A stretch of DNA of 32,000 bases from an uncultured archaeon (GTDB lineage: Archaea > Asgardarchaeota > Thorarchaeia > Thorarchaeales > Thorarchaeaceae), in the NCBI GenBank assembly GCA_964354495.1, contig CAYHAA010000004.1, positions 60,001-92,000 of the forward strand. The letters run 5' to 3'. The notes under the pieces were generated by a model. That model had not been told where the DNA came from. It ran no database searches and saw only the letters and a list, made by a program, of their open reading frames with translations. Shown piece by piece: positions 1-8,680 of the stretch. A program made the translations under genes and the position numbers. Each line of letters begins with the position of its first letter. Position 1 is the first letter of the stretch.

Positions 1-507
1 GGGCTCATCAAGACCGCGATACGAGACCCCAATCCTGTGCTCTTTGCTGAACACAAACTGGTGTATGACAAGAAAGAAGAAGTGCCTGATGAGGAATACC
101 TCATTCCATTCGGGCAGGCGAAAATCAGAAGAGAGGGGACAGACGTCACGCTCTGGGGTACCTTCTTCATGCTTCACAAGGCACTGGAAGTCGCTGACGA
201 ATTGGCGAAGGAAGGAATAAGCGTTGAAGTGATTGACCCCCGCACACTGGTTCCCCTTGATACCAAGACACTCATCGAGTCTGTAAAGAAGACTGGCAGA
301 TTAGTGCTTGTCACAGAAGAAACAAAGACGGGAGCGACCACAGCCGAAGTTGCAGCCATCGTTCAGGAGGAGGCTTTTGACTGGCTCGATGCACCCGTAA
401 AAAGAGTCAATGCACCAGATACACCAGTTCCATTCAGTCCGCCTCTTGAAAACTACTTCATTCCTGACAACAAGAGAATTGCAGAGGCCATTAGGAACAT
501 CATGTAG
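1..507 (+). CDS. pdhB: 2-oxoacid (pyruvate/acetoin) dehydrogenase E1 beta subunit, C-terminal part (5' end outside window)
   Basis: Frame 1 is open from base 1 (GLIKTAIRDPNPVLFAEHK). Typical E1-beta motifs: EVIDPRTLVPLD, VKKTGRLVLV, FDWLDAPVKRV, DTPVPFSPPLE. Substrate (pdhB versus acoB) cannot be resolved by eye. Confidence 0.9.
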   Translation, partial: GLIKTAIRDPNPVLFAEHKLVYDKKEEVPDEEYLIPFGQAKIRREGTDVTLWGTFFMLHKALEVADELAKEGISVEVIDPRTLVPLDTKTLIESVKKTGRLVLVTEETKTGATTAEVAAIVQEEAFDWLDAPVKRVNAPDTPVPFSPPLENYFIPDNKRIAEAIRNIM

Positions 508-516
508 GTGAAGACG

Positions 517-1758
517 ATGACCACAACTATGATCATGCAGCGAATGAGTGTTGCTATGGAATATGGCGTGATACTCAAGTGGCTAAAGAAGGAAGGTGAC
601 GAGGTCAGGAAAGGCGACCCAGTTGTTGAGATTTTCGGAGAGAAGAACGAGTTTGAACTAGAAGCACCGGACGATGGAGTCCTCCTCAAGATACTCTGCG
701 ATGTGAATGACGAAATCCCAATCAGCGAGCCAATAGCATTCATCGGTAGACAGGGAGAAGCAATCCCCGATGTCAGACCAAAGAAGCTGAATGCTTCAGT
801 AACGGCTGTTGCCGCTCCGGCAAAGATGCAGGTGACAAGCAGCGTAGCCGCACAAATAGCTACAACCACTCAGACTAAGTCGCAGCATGCTCTCTCCCGT
901 CTTCCGGGCGGGAGAATCAGGGCGTCACCGAGAGCCAAGAAGAGGGCTGAGGAACTTGGTATTGACCTATCAGTTGTGACGGGCACAGGTCCTGACGGAA
1001 GAATCGTGGAGAAGGACCTGACTACAAGAAAGGGTGCGACCCCTCAGGTCACAGTGTCAGATGAACGGAAGATTCGCATGGTTGAAACACTCACTCCTCT
1101 TCGAAGGACCATCGCTAGAAGAATGACACAGAGTTCTCAGAACCCGCATATCACAATGATCACTGAGATTGATATGACTGAAGCTGTAGCTCTTAGGGAA
1201 GACCTCAATAGGAGAATCGAGAAGAGCCATGGAATTAAGGTCTCTTTCAACGATATCATCGTCAAGGCTGTCGCGGACACCCTGGAGAAATTCCCTAGAT
1301 TCAATGCCACTCTCTCTGGCAATGACGTCATCATATTCGATGATATCAATATTGGCGTGGCTATGGCAACCGACCAGGGCCTCATCGTGGTCACGGTCAG
1401 ACAGGCGAATAAGAAGTCAATCACTGAGATAGCCCTTGAAACAAAGGAAAAGGGGAAGAAGGCGAAGAGCAACGAACTCACTCCAGAGGAACTTTCTGGC
1501 AGCACCTTCACAGTGTCAAACCTAGGACCATTTCAGGTGGACTTGTTTATTCCAGTCATTAATCCACCAGAGACCGCCATTCTTGCTCTCGGACAGATCA
1601 AGAAACAGCCAGTTGTGGTTGACGACACGATAGCAATCAGGTTCATGATGATGGCTAGCTGCGCTGTTGATCACAGGGTACTAGACGGAGCACCAGCAGG
1701 TCAGTTCTTGTCAGCTCTGAAGGAAACGCTTGAGAATCCCTTCATGATGAAAATGTGA
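517..1758 (+). CDS. pdhC: Dihydrolipoamide acyltransferase (E2), single lipoyl domain
   Basis: Lipoyl domain (KWLKKEGDEVRKGDPVVEIFGEKNEFELEAPDDG), subunit-binding domain (RASPRAKKRAEELGIDLSVVTGTGPDGRIV), catalytic domain with TFTVSNLG and DHRVLDG. ATG 517 follows AGGTGA; GTG 508 is an alternative start. Confidence 0.92.
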   Translation: MTTTMIMQRMSVAMEYGVILKWLKKEGDEVRKGDPVVEIFGEKNEFELEAPDDGVLLKILCDVNDEIPISEPIAFIGRQGEAIPDVRPKKLNASVTAVAAPAKMQVTSSVAAQIATTTQTKSQHALSRLPGGRIRASPRAKKRAEELGIDLSVVTGTGPDGRIVEKDLTTRKGATPQVTVSDERKIRMVETLTPLRRTIARRMTQSSQNPHITMITEIDMTEAVALREDLNRRIEKSHGIKVSFNDIIVKAVADTLEKFPRFNATLSGNDVIIFDDINIGVAMATDQGLIVVTVRQANKKSITEIALETKEKGKKAKSNELTPEELSGSTFTVSNLGPFQVDLFIPVINPPETAILALGQIKKQPVVVDDTIAIRFMMMASCAVDHRVLDGAPAGQFLSALKETLENPFMMKM

Positions 1759-2016
1759 TGAGGGAATATCACTCTAAGATTCAATGACAAGGCAATCTCA
1801 TTGAACTCAGTGGACCTTAAATCATGAAATCGACACATCATCCTGCACGAATCACTCGTGTCAACCCTCGAAATACGACATCTGCTCAGCCTCACCTGTT
1901 GCTCTGAGGCGCTCGGCCGATGGCGAGCAACTCTCTTTAGCTATCGGCTCAATCTCCTGCTTGTTCAGCCATCATTTCTCAACAGATTAATGAGAGATAA
2001 TGTTCATTGGCTCAGC

Positions 2017-2820
2017 ATGTCTTGGCGATTGCTGAAGGATCTTGGTTCTGATGTCTACAAGAATCTCGCCATGGACGAGGCAATAGCCAAGACCGACCTC
2101 GGAGAGAACAATGCACTCAATACGATTCGATTCTGGAAATCACAACGGGCAGTCGTGATCGGGAGATTCCAGTGCGTGCACAAGGAAGTTGACCTAGCGT
2201 ACTGTGAAGACAATGGTATCGCCATCGCCAGAAGATTCACGGGTGGTGGAGCGGTATTCCATGATATGGGCAATCTCAACTTCGCACTTCGACTTCATCA
2301 ATCGCACCCGTATGTCCCTAGGGGCTTGAAAGAACTCTATCAGGCATTCATAGGCAGGGTGACACAGAGTCTAGTTTCACTTAACATTCCAGCCAAGTTT
2401 GACCCCGTGGGTTCGTGCATCAGAATCAATGAGAGGAAAATCTCAGGCTCAGCAGGATGGATAAAGCGAGGTGTTTCGTTCATCCACGGCACACTACTCG
2501 TTGATGCAGATCTGGATATGCTTCAGAGATGTCTTGTTCCACGAGAGGGGCAGCAGGCCTATCTCAGAAACAAGACAAGAATCCGATGTATGGACAGCAA
2601 GCATGACGCAGTCACAAACATCAGCCTTGAAGTTAAGGACTGCCCAACAGCAGATGAGATACGAGCAGCGATTATTGAAACCCTAGAAGTGATGACAGGA
2701 GTCACAGTCGCAGAGGGGCATCCCACGAAGAATGAGAACGATGCTGCACAGGCTTTATATTATTCACAATATACGCAGCTCTCATGGAATTTGGGAACGC
2801 CAGCCACAGCCACACCATAG
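2017..2820 (+). CDS. lplA: Lipoate-protein ligase A family, catalytic domain only
   Basis: NLAMDEAI, RRFTGGGAVFHDMGNLNF, RKISGSA and HGTLL motifs. Start placed at ATG 2017 (MSWRLL); the upstream extension in the ORF track does not look like LplA. Confidence 0.88.
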   Translation: MSWRLLKDLGSDVYKNLAMDEAIAKTDLGENNALNTIRFWKSQRAVVIGRFQCVHKEVDLAYCEDNGIAIARRFTGGGAVFHDMGNLNFALRLHQSHPYVPRGLKELYQAFIGRVTQSLVSLNIPAKFDPVGSCIRINERKISGSAGWIKRGVSFIHGTLLVDADLDMLQRCLVPREGQQAYLRNKTRIRCMDSKHDAVTNISLEVKDCPTADEIRAAIIETLEVMTGVTVAEGHPTKNENDAAQALYYSQYTQLSWNLGTPATATP

Positions 2821-2835
2821 TCGAGGAACAGTACA

Positions 2836-3180
2836 ATGACAGATGATGTTGAGAAGACCCTGAAGAGCTTCATGAGGCATTTTGGTGCCCTGAACAGAGA
2901 TATCCCTGAGACTAGGAATGCTTTCACAGACCTTGAGAAGACCGTGCATAAGGATGGAGTACTCTCCGCAAAATTCAAGGAAATCATTTGCATCGTTGCA
3001 TCGATTCTATCTCCCTGTGAGGAGTGCATTGTCTACCACACCAAGCAGGCGCTCACCCTTGGAGCCACACGACACGAAATAATGGAAGCCTGTTCAGTTG
3101 CCATCGTCATGGGCGGAGGACCAGCGGCTTCACATGTTTCAGTGGTTCAAGACTGCCTTGACGCATGGGCTCCTAGATAG
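2836..3180 (+). CDS. Carboxymuconolactone decarboxylase / AhpD-like protein with CxxC
   Basis: LSAKFKEIICIVASILSPCEECIVYHTKQALTLGATRHEIMEA matches the AhpD/CMD core (E...CxxC...H...GAT.EI.EA). Confidence 0.88.
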   Translation: MTDDVEKTLKSFMRHFGALNRDIPETRNAFTDLEKTVHKDGVLSAKFKEIICIVASILSPCEECIVYHTKQALTLGATRHEIMEACSVAIVMGGGPAASHVSVVQDCLDAWAPR

Positions 3181-3185
3181 AGGAG

Positions 3186-4229
3186 TTAGTCGAATTCAGT
3201 AAAGAGGACCTTGATGGCTTTCTGTTTCTCCATCAGATCGAAACCTTCCTCCCAGAGATCAAGGGGGATTTTGTGTGTGATTAGGGGAGCCACCTTGACC
3301 TTCTTGGATGCCATCAGACGGAGCGTCGTGACCCATGTTGATGGAAGTGTCCCCCAGGTACCAGACATTGTGAGTTCTTTCAATGCGATTGCATCAAGGT
3401 CGATATTGAGTGGTCGTCCACGGATTCCGAGAAGAGTGACATGCCCAGCAACCTTGACAAAGTCAAGCGCCTGATTGCATGCAATACATGCACCTGAGGC
3501 TTCGATGACTACATCAGCACCACGGCCATCGGTTTCATCCATGACTGTCTTGACGGGGTCAGGATCAAGCTGGACATTAAGAATCAAGTCAACACCAATC
3601 TTCTTTGCAATATCGAAGCGCCATTGGTCAGCAGAAACCCCCGTCACAATGACTTTTCCAGCACCCATAGCCTTGGCAACTTGAGCTGCAAGCAGACCCA
3701 TAGTTCCGGGTCCCTGTACCACAACCACATCTCCGGGAGTGACTGGAGACTTTTCGATGACTGAATGTACGACACAGGCGGTAGGTTCAGCCATTGCCGC
3801 CTCCTTCAGGGCGACGCCCTTCGGTATCTTGTGAATGATGTACTCGGGTACAGTAAGATACCTCGCGAAAGCACCATTGGCTAGTGATGTGCCGAGAATC
3901 CGTTTCTTCTCCGAGGTGCATCTGTTCATATGTCCGGTCTTGCACTGATAGCATTTCCCACAATACGCGGTTGCAGGAGATACAACAAGGTCGCCAACCT
4001 CAATCCCTGTGACATCATCTCCAACTTCCACAACTTTGCCGGAGTATTCATGCCCAAGCACAATCGGAGGAGTGTAGAACGTCTGGTCATGTTTGATGTG
4101 AACATCAGTACCACAGATTCCTGCAGCGGCAACTTCTATCAATACCTCATCCTTTCTGGGGCGAGGTTCTTCAATCTCCCTCAGTTCGAGATTTCCAGGA
4201 CCTCTATCGGTCTTCATCAAAGCTCTCAC
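3186..4229 (-). CDS. Zn-dependent medium-chain dehydrogenase (threonine/sorbitol/butanediol dehydrogenase-like)
   Basis: GICGTD, GHEYSG, structural Zn site CGKCYQCKTGHMNRC, Rossmann GPGTMG. Confidence 0.92.
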   Translation of the reverse strand: MRALMKTDRGPGNLELREIEEPRPRKDEVLIEVAAAGICGTDVHIKHDQTFYTPPIVLGHEYSGKVVEVGDDVTGIEVGDLVVSPATAYCGKCYQCKTGHMNRCTSEKKRILGTSLANGAFARYLTVPEYIIHKIPKGVALKEAAMAEPTACVVHSVIEKSPVTPGDVVVVQGPGTMGLLAAQVAKAMGAGKVIVTGVSADQWRFDIAKKIGVDLILNVQLDPDPVKTVMDETDGRGADVVIEASGACIACNQALDFVKVAGHVTLLGIRGRPLNIDLDAIALKELTMSGTWGTLPSTWVTTLRLMASKKVKVAPLITHKIPLDLWEEGFDLMEKQKAIKVLFTEFD

Positions 4230-4292
4230 AGTCTACGACCTCAAATGAGCTGCACACAATCTGTTATAGAATCTTATGGATATGTTCGAATG

Positions 4293-4574
4293 CTAGCAGC
4301 CTTTGTGTTCTAAGGAGTTGAAGAACTGGGGGGGTTCACTTCCCTCATCGACGGAGCGCACTCGGAATCCTGTGCCCTGTTCATCACGGAGTTTGCTTGC
4401 AGTGTGTGCTCCCACAAAGCGCTTCCGAACCGGTGCCTCTTTTCCCAGCCACAAATAGACATTCTTGCCTTCATCATCAACGACACAGAGTACACGCTCA
4501 GATGTCAGACTGTTTCGCGTTATGCACACTGATTCTGATGTTCCATCATCATGCATTTCGAGAGCATTCGCCAT
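4293..4574 (-). CDS. Single-domain gelsolin-family protein (ProGel-like)
   Basis: LTSERVLCVVDD..KNVYLWLGKEA..RKRF..A..A..LR....RVRSVDEGSEPPQFF matches the gelsolin repeat pattern (L.S..vF.LD....iYvW.G...........A......V.EG.E...F). Confidence 0.8.
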   Translation of the reverse strand: MANALEMHDDGTSESVCITRNSLTSERVLCVVDDEGKNVYLWLGKEAPVRKRFVGAHTASKLRDEQGTGFRVRSVDEGSEPPQFFNSLEHKGC

Positions 4575-4756
4575 TTGAGGTTCCTCGAGATGTGCAGTCG
4601 TGTGGATGGCACCATGTGGGCAAAAGCGCTATACTAGTTTCATATGCATTTAGTCAAATACTTTGCCCATGAAGCTCCGCCGAGCGTGCAAGGACTGGAC
4701 GAGGAATTCACTTCACTAAGAGCGTGGGTATTACACAGCTAGTTCTCACCTAAGAT

Positions 4757-5125
4757 CTAGACACGCTCAAATCTGGCCCTGAGTGTGCCGCCACAATAGG
4801 TGCACTTGGCCTCTAAGGGGCCGACCCAGTCAATTGATTCTTGGGAGATGGATGCACCACAAGAAGGGCATCTCTCTGGAAGCCGGACTGTGGTCATTTC
4901 AGTGCCATCATCTCTTGTCTGTCCGCGCTGACGATCTGGAATGACAAAGGCAGGCGCATCCATGGTGAAACCGCGTGCAACATTTCCAGCCATACGAGCA
5001 CCACTTCGACAAACCGTTACAGCAATGATGATAAAAAACACTACGAACATGATTGGGACGATCAGGAATAACGTACCAAACACTCCAAAGATGTCCGAGA
5101 AAATATCCCAGGGATAGAATTGCAC
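4757..5125 (-). CDS. Membrane protein with C-terminal zinc ribbon
   Basis: N-terminal hydrophobic helix (IFGVFGTLFLIVPIMFVVFFIIIAVTV), C-terminal CPSCGA...CTYCGG. GTG start preceded by GAGGTGA. Confidence 0.75.
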   Translation of the reverse strand: MQFYPWDIFSDIFGVFGTLFLIVPIMFVVFFIIIAVTVCRSGARMAGNVARGFTMDAPAFVIPDRQRGQTRDDGTEMTTVRLPERCPSCGASISQESIDWVGPLEAKCTYCGGTLRARFERV

Positions 5126-5313
5126 TTATGATTCACCTCAGACTGAAGAGCCTTGTATTCTGTCGAAGACTGACACTTTATAACTTTTGTACCCTGCATT
5201 CTACTATCGAGCCCGCCTCGCTCGAAATCTTTCGAATCTGGTGACTTAAGATAAGAAGGGTGAGCAATGCTCCATCGCACTGTGACGCACACCTCAATAT
5301 CGAGTTGCGGAAC

Positions 5314-5321
5314 TTATAAAA
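5314..5321 (+). promoter_or_regulatory. Putative archaeal TATA box
   Basis: TTATAAAA about 45 nt upstream of ATG 5365, with GGAGAG before the start codon. Confidence 0.45.
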
Positions 5322-5364
5322 GATACACAGATTAGACATCAGAATCAATTGGAGAGTAACAAAA

Positions 5365-5724
5365 ATGCAGATACCTACATTTCTCCTACGGAAACTCTAC
5401 ATAAAGGGAAGCCTCAAGAATGACGGTGATGGTTTCACGTTCAAACTGAAGAACACAATATCGTCAGGCACGGCTATCCGCATTGAACCCGTCAAAGTCA
5501 ATGGGAAGGAGTACCCGCTTGATGCGACAATCATCAGTTCATCAGATGGAAAGGTGACTGGAAGCGAGATCTCTGAGAAGAAATCATTCCCAATCAAGGT
5601 CGGATTGGATATCTCGATTCATGTCAAGGGAGCCACTCTTCCGGCTGGAGAGCACAAGATAGACATATCGTTGACGACAAAGGAAGTTGGAAAGCTCGCC
5701 TTTGATGTCACTGACTCAATTTAG
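5365..5724 (+). CDS. Hypothetical beta-sandwich protein
   Basis: 119-aa ORF with alternating beta-strand pattern, its own TATA-like box and RBS. No function recognised. Confidence 0.75.
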   Translation: MQIPTFLLRKLYIKGSLKNDGDGFTFKLKNTISSGTAIRIEPVKVNGKEYPLDATIISSSDGKVTGSEISEKKSFPIKVGLDISIHVKGATLPAGEHKIDISLTTKEVGKLAFDVTDSI

Positions 5725-6050
5725 GATATGATTGCAGGGGACAAAGAACCCTCTGCAACACACTCTCTTTAGGAGGCCCCATCAAGTTGAAAGAAGATAG
5801 GCAGATTCATCAAGAGCACGATAATGCACACGAGGAACTCGAGAGCATAAACTATTATCTTCTTATCTGGCTCTACGAATAATCGTCCGGCGATTTCCTG
5901 TTCATTGCTGGACAGACTGCTGGGAATCGTTTTGTGCTGTCCATGCGTCGTCTTGGGCATTCTTTCCGGCAATAATTGACAAGAACCAGGTCCGGATTGT
6001 AATGACAACAGTTTTCTGCATTGTGCACATCCATTTCACGGGTTGAAAAA

Positions 6051-6962
6051 ATGTACGTGAAAATTCGCACGGATGGGTCACTTGGTATCGGCCGCGGTAC
6101 TGAAGGTGACGCTGAGATCACAATGGGATTTGGCGAGGCTCATATGATTGCTGCTGCATTAGAGAAACTAGCGCAGACTGCACGAAATCACAAGCAGACC
6201 TACATCAAGACCACGAATGTAGGCGGAGGCAACAAGATTGATTTTGTGCGTGCAGATGATGGTATGATCACAATCTCTGGAGATAGGCAGACATACATAT
6301 GCACAGAACCAGAGATACGGGAACTCGCTGGAAAACTGAGGCATCTACCACCAGTGCAAGTTGCTCCACCATCAGATTACGTTAAGAAAATTGCCCCATC
6401 ACAAGGCATCTGTCTTGTAGTTACAAATGGGGGGAACTCAATAAAGCTGAGACTTCCTGAGGCTGCAATCCTCAAGACTTCAGTTCAAAGCAGCATTGGT
6501 TCACGATACTACGATGAGGTAATCATAGTAGGACAGAAGAGGGTTGGCATCACCAGAACAAGCGACCTGAAGTGGCAGATCCAGAGCGAAGAAGGCATAG
6601 TGAAATTCACCGCTTTTGAGATTGAAGCATTGGTAGCAGGACTGCACAATGGCATCCTAGATGTGGTTATGGACCTCGTGAAGAGCTTCGGTAGCGATGA
6701 CATATCTGACATCCGCATCAAGAGTGTTTTGCAAAGAATTGAGCAGGAGACCTCGAAAGTATTCGGAGAGGATAAGACTCACAAGGGCGTCGTGAGGGAA
6801 CTCTCGAAGAGAACCCGAAGCATAATCGGAATTGGAGAGTACGCAGACGAAAGAGCCACACGCTTCATCGATATGTGCAAGTATGTCTACAGCAAGCTGG
6901 ATACGAGATATCTGGAGAAACTGTTTGACCTGTTTGCCACAGCATTTGTGACCGAAGGCTAG
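6051..6962 (+). CDS. Hypothetical protein with four internal beta-strand/helix repeats and a helical C-terminus
   Basis: Long ORF; ATG 6051 preferred over TTG 6021. Repeated x-hydrophobic-xxx-E(A/I)xxL motif (see findings). Confidence 0.8.
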   Translation: MYVKIRTDGSLGIGRGTEGDAEITMGFGEAHMIAAALEKLAQTARNHKQTYIKTTNVGGGNKIDFVRADDGMITISGDRQTYICTEPEIRELAGKLRHLPPVQVAPPSDYVKKIAPSQGICLVVTNGGNSIKLRLPEAAILKTSVQSSIGSRYYDEVIIVGQKRVGITRTSDLKWQIQSEEGIVKFTAFEIEALVAGLHNGILDVVMDLVKSFGSDDISDIRIKSVLQRIEQETSKVFGEDKTHKGVVRELSKRTRSIIGIGEYADERATRFIDMCKYVYSKLDTRYLEKLFDLFATAFVTEG

Positions 6963-7080
6963 ACATGGCAGATTTGCAGTGCTCATCTTCGACTGATCCA
7001 ATCTCATGATGGCTGTTTGTCAAAAGGCAGCTCTTCCGGTTGGAAACAGCAAGAACCATCTGCCTGCGTCCTGTTCTTGA

Positions 7081-8517
7081 CTACTCCAACTCATTCCCAG
7101 AAGACTCGATAACAGCTGTAGACCAAGGGTAGCGAGTCAGAATACGTTCCATCAATTTCTGGACCTTCCTCTCCTCAGAGGTGCCTGAATACGCGAGCAA
7201 TACAACAAGACCACCTCTGGTTCTCTTGAACTTCTGATACATAGTCTTCGTTGTGTTGATAGAGTCGCAGACAACCATTACTTCAGCATGAGGAATATCC
7301 AAATCACGCTCACCTACGGGCGACATGACAAGCACGCTCTGGCTCGTAGCTTCTCTGAACGAGCGAAGTATCTCACCTTTGTCATGAGTCTGCCCTGTTA
7401 TGGTAAACACGGATAGACCTGCTTTCGTAAGGACATCCTGAACCTGTGAAACCATCTCAAGATAGGAAGTCAGCACAAGCGTCTTTTTATGTTCAACAGC
7501 AATCTTCAGTACTCGAGTGGTCTTGGCCGAAACGGATGGGAGAGTACGCCTCAAGTCACTGATGTTGAAATAGTGTTTCAGATAGTCACCATAAAACATG
7601 CGTAGAAATTGCTTCGGAGGCATTGCGTAGATGTACTTTCGCAGCATCAGGAGCCCTGAGTATCTACCCTTTATCTCCTCTGTCACTGGGAGCCGTTCTA
7701 GGAGGAGATGTATCCTCCGAGTATCTCCAGCGACCATCTCAAGATTGCCCTCTGCTTCCAGCTCATTCATTATCTCATTTCGGCTGTCACGAATGAGCTC
7801 GTCTATGACCTTAGAGATCGAGCGTATTTTATGATCTGTGACTCTGCTTACAGTGAGAAAGGTCGGTTCAAGGAAGTCTTCGACATCCGTATCGTAGAGG
7901 TCTTCCATTGTGATGAGTTCTGCACCCGGAATGTACTCCCGTAGAGTAGAGAGCTCATCACGTATCTCGATTTGCTCTTTTGTGAAGACTGCATGATCGT
8001 CTCTGAGGGTTCCACTCATACCAATGATCCATTTTCGCTTGAGATATGGAAGAAGAGTCGCCCATGGAAAGACAAGAGCCGATTTTCCACTGGAACGCCG
8101 AACAAGTGTATCCACCTCATTGATTAGTACAATCCGGAATCTATCAAACAAAGATGGTTCCTTCTGAAACATGGCGGTCAGGACTTGAGGTGTAGTTACA
8201 ATCACTCGTTTTTCCCGAAGGTCGTAGATACGGCGGCCTGACTGTACTCTGGAGGACAGCTCCCCGAGCTCATCTTCAATCCCACCATATTCGCCCTTCA
8301 GATAGTCAATGGTTTCGGCTAGGGAAGAGGATGAATGCACAACGATGAGAATCCCCGTGTCAGGGAATCGTTGCGCCACAATTTGATGAGTGATGAACCG
8401 CTTTCCAAGCCCGCAGTCCAGCTCCAAAAGGACTGGTATATCCTTCAGTCCACTGACCCTATCAAGAATATAGGTTTGATACCCTCGTGGAGTATACTTC
8501 TTTTTGAGCCCGGACAT
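7081..8517 (-). CDS. SF2 helicase-like protein (Hef/FANCM-like), catalytic motifs degenerate, no nuclease domain
   Basis: SF2 motifs in order: PRGYQ, LDCGLGKR (I), IVTTPQ (Ib), INEVD (II), IGMSGT (III), GERDLDIP (V), QKFKRTRG (VI). Confidence 0.75.
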   Translation of the reverse strand: MSGLKKKYTPRGYQTYILDRVSGLKDIPVLLELDCGLGKRFITHQIVAQRFPDTGILIVVHSSSSLAETIDYLKGEYGGIEDELGELSSRVQSGRRIYDLREKRVIVTTPQVLTAMFQKEPSLFDRFRIVLINEVDTLVRRSSGKSALVFPWATLLPYLKRKWIIGMSGTLRDDHAVFTKEQIEIRDELSTLREYIPGAELITMEDLYDTDVEDFLEPTFLTVSRVTDHKIRSISKVIDELIRDSRNEIMNELEAEGNLEMVAGDTRRIHLLLERLPVTEEIKGRYSGLLMLRKYIYAMPPKQFLRMFYGDYLKHYFNISDLRRTLPSVSAKTTRVLKIAVEHKKTLVLTSYLEMVSQVQDVLTKAGLSVFTITGQTHDKGEILRSFREATSQSVLVMSPVGERDLDIPHAEVMVVCDSINTTKTMYQKFKRTRGGLVVLLAYSGTSEERKVQKLMERILTRYPWSTAVIESSGNELE

Positions 8518-8680
8518 TATACATTCATCCGTGTGATGAGTTATGAATTCATCTAATGGTTGCTGCTAGCTGGACAATCGGAACTTAGAATGGCTTGAAT
8601 ATTCATGCGAGCAAACAACCTTTCAAATGCATCTCAGACTCAGATTATCGCATTCGATGAACCAAACACGCATCATTGAA

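Noticed and set aside
1858-2016. 53-aa N-terminal extension of the lplA ORF
   Set aside because: It does not resemble LplA; homology begins at MSWRLL (ATG 2017). I found no convincing ORF in the 1759-2016 gap.
4617-4669. 8-bp inverted repeat TGGGCAAA / TTTGCCCA upstream of the gelsolin gene
   Set aside because: Short arms with a 37-nt spacer are expected by chance, and there is no adjacent transposase or target-site duplication.
5769-6008. 79-aa minus-strand ORF with a hydrophobic C-terminal stretch
   Set aside because: No recognisable motif, an unconvincing start and a low-information N-terminus. It may be real but cannot be supported.
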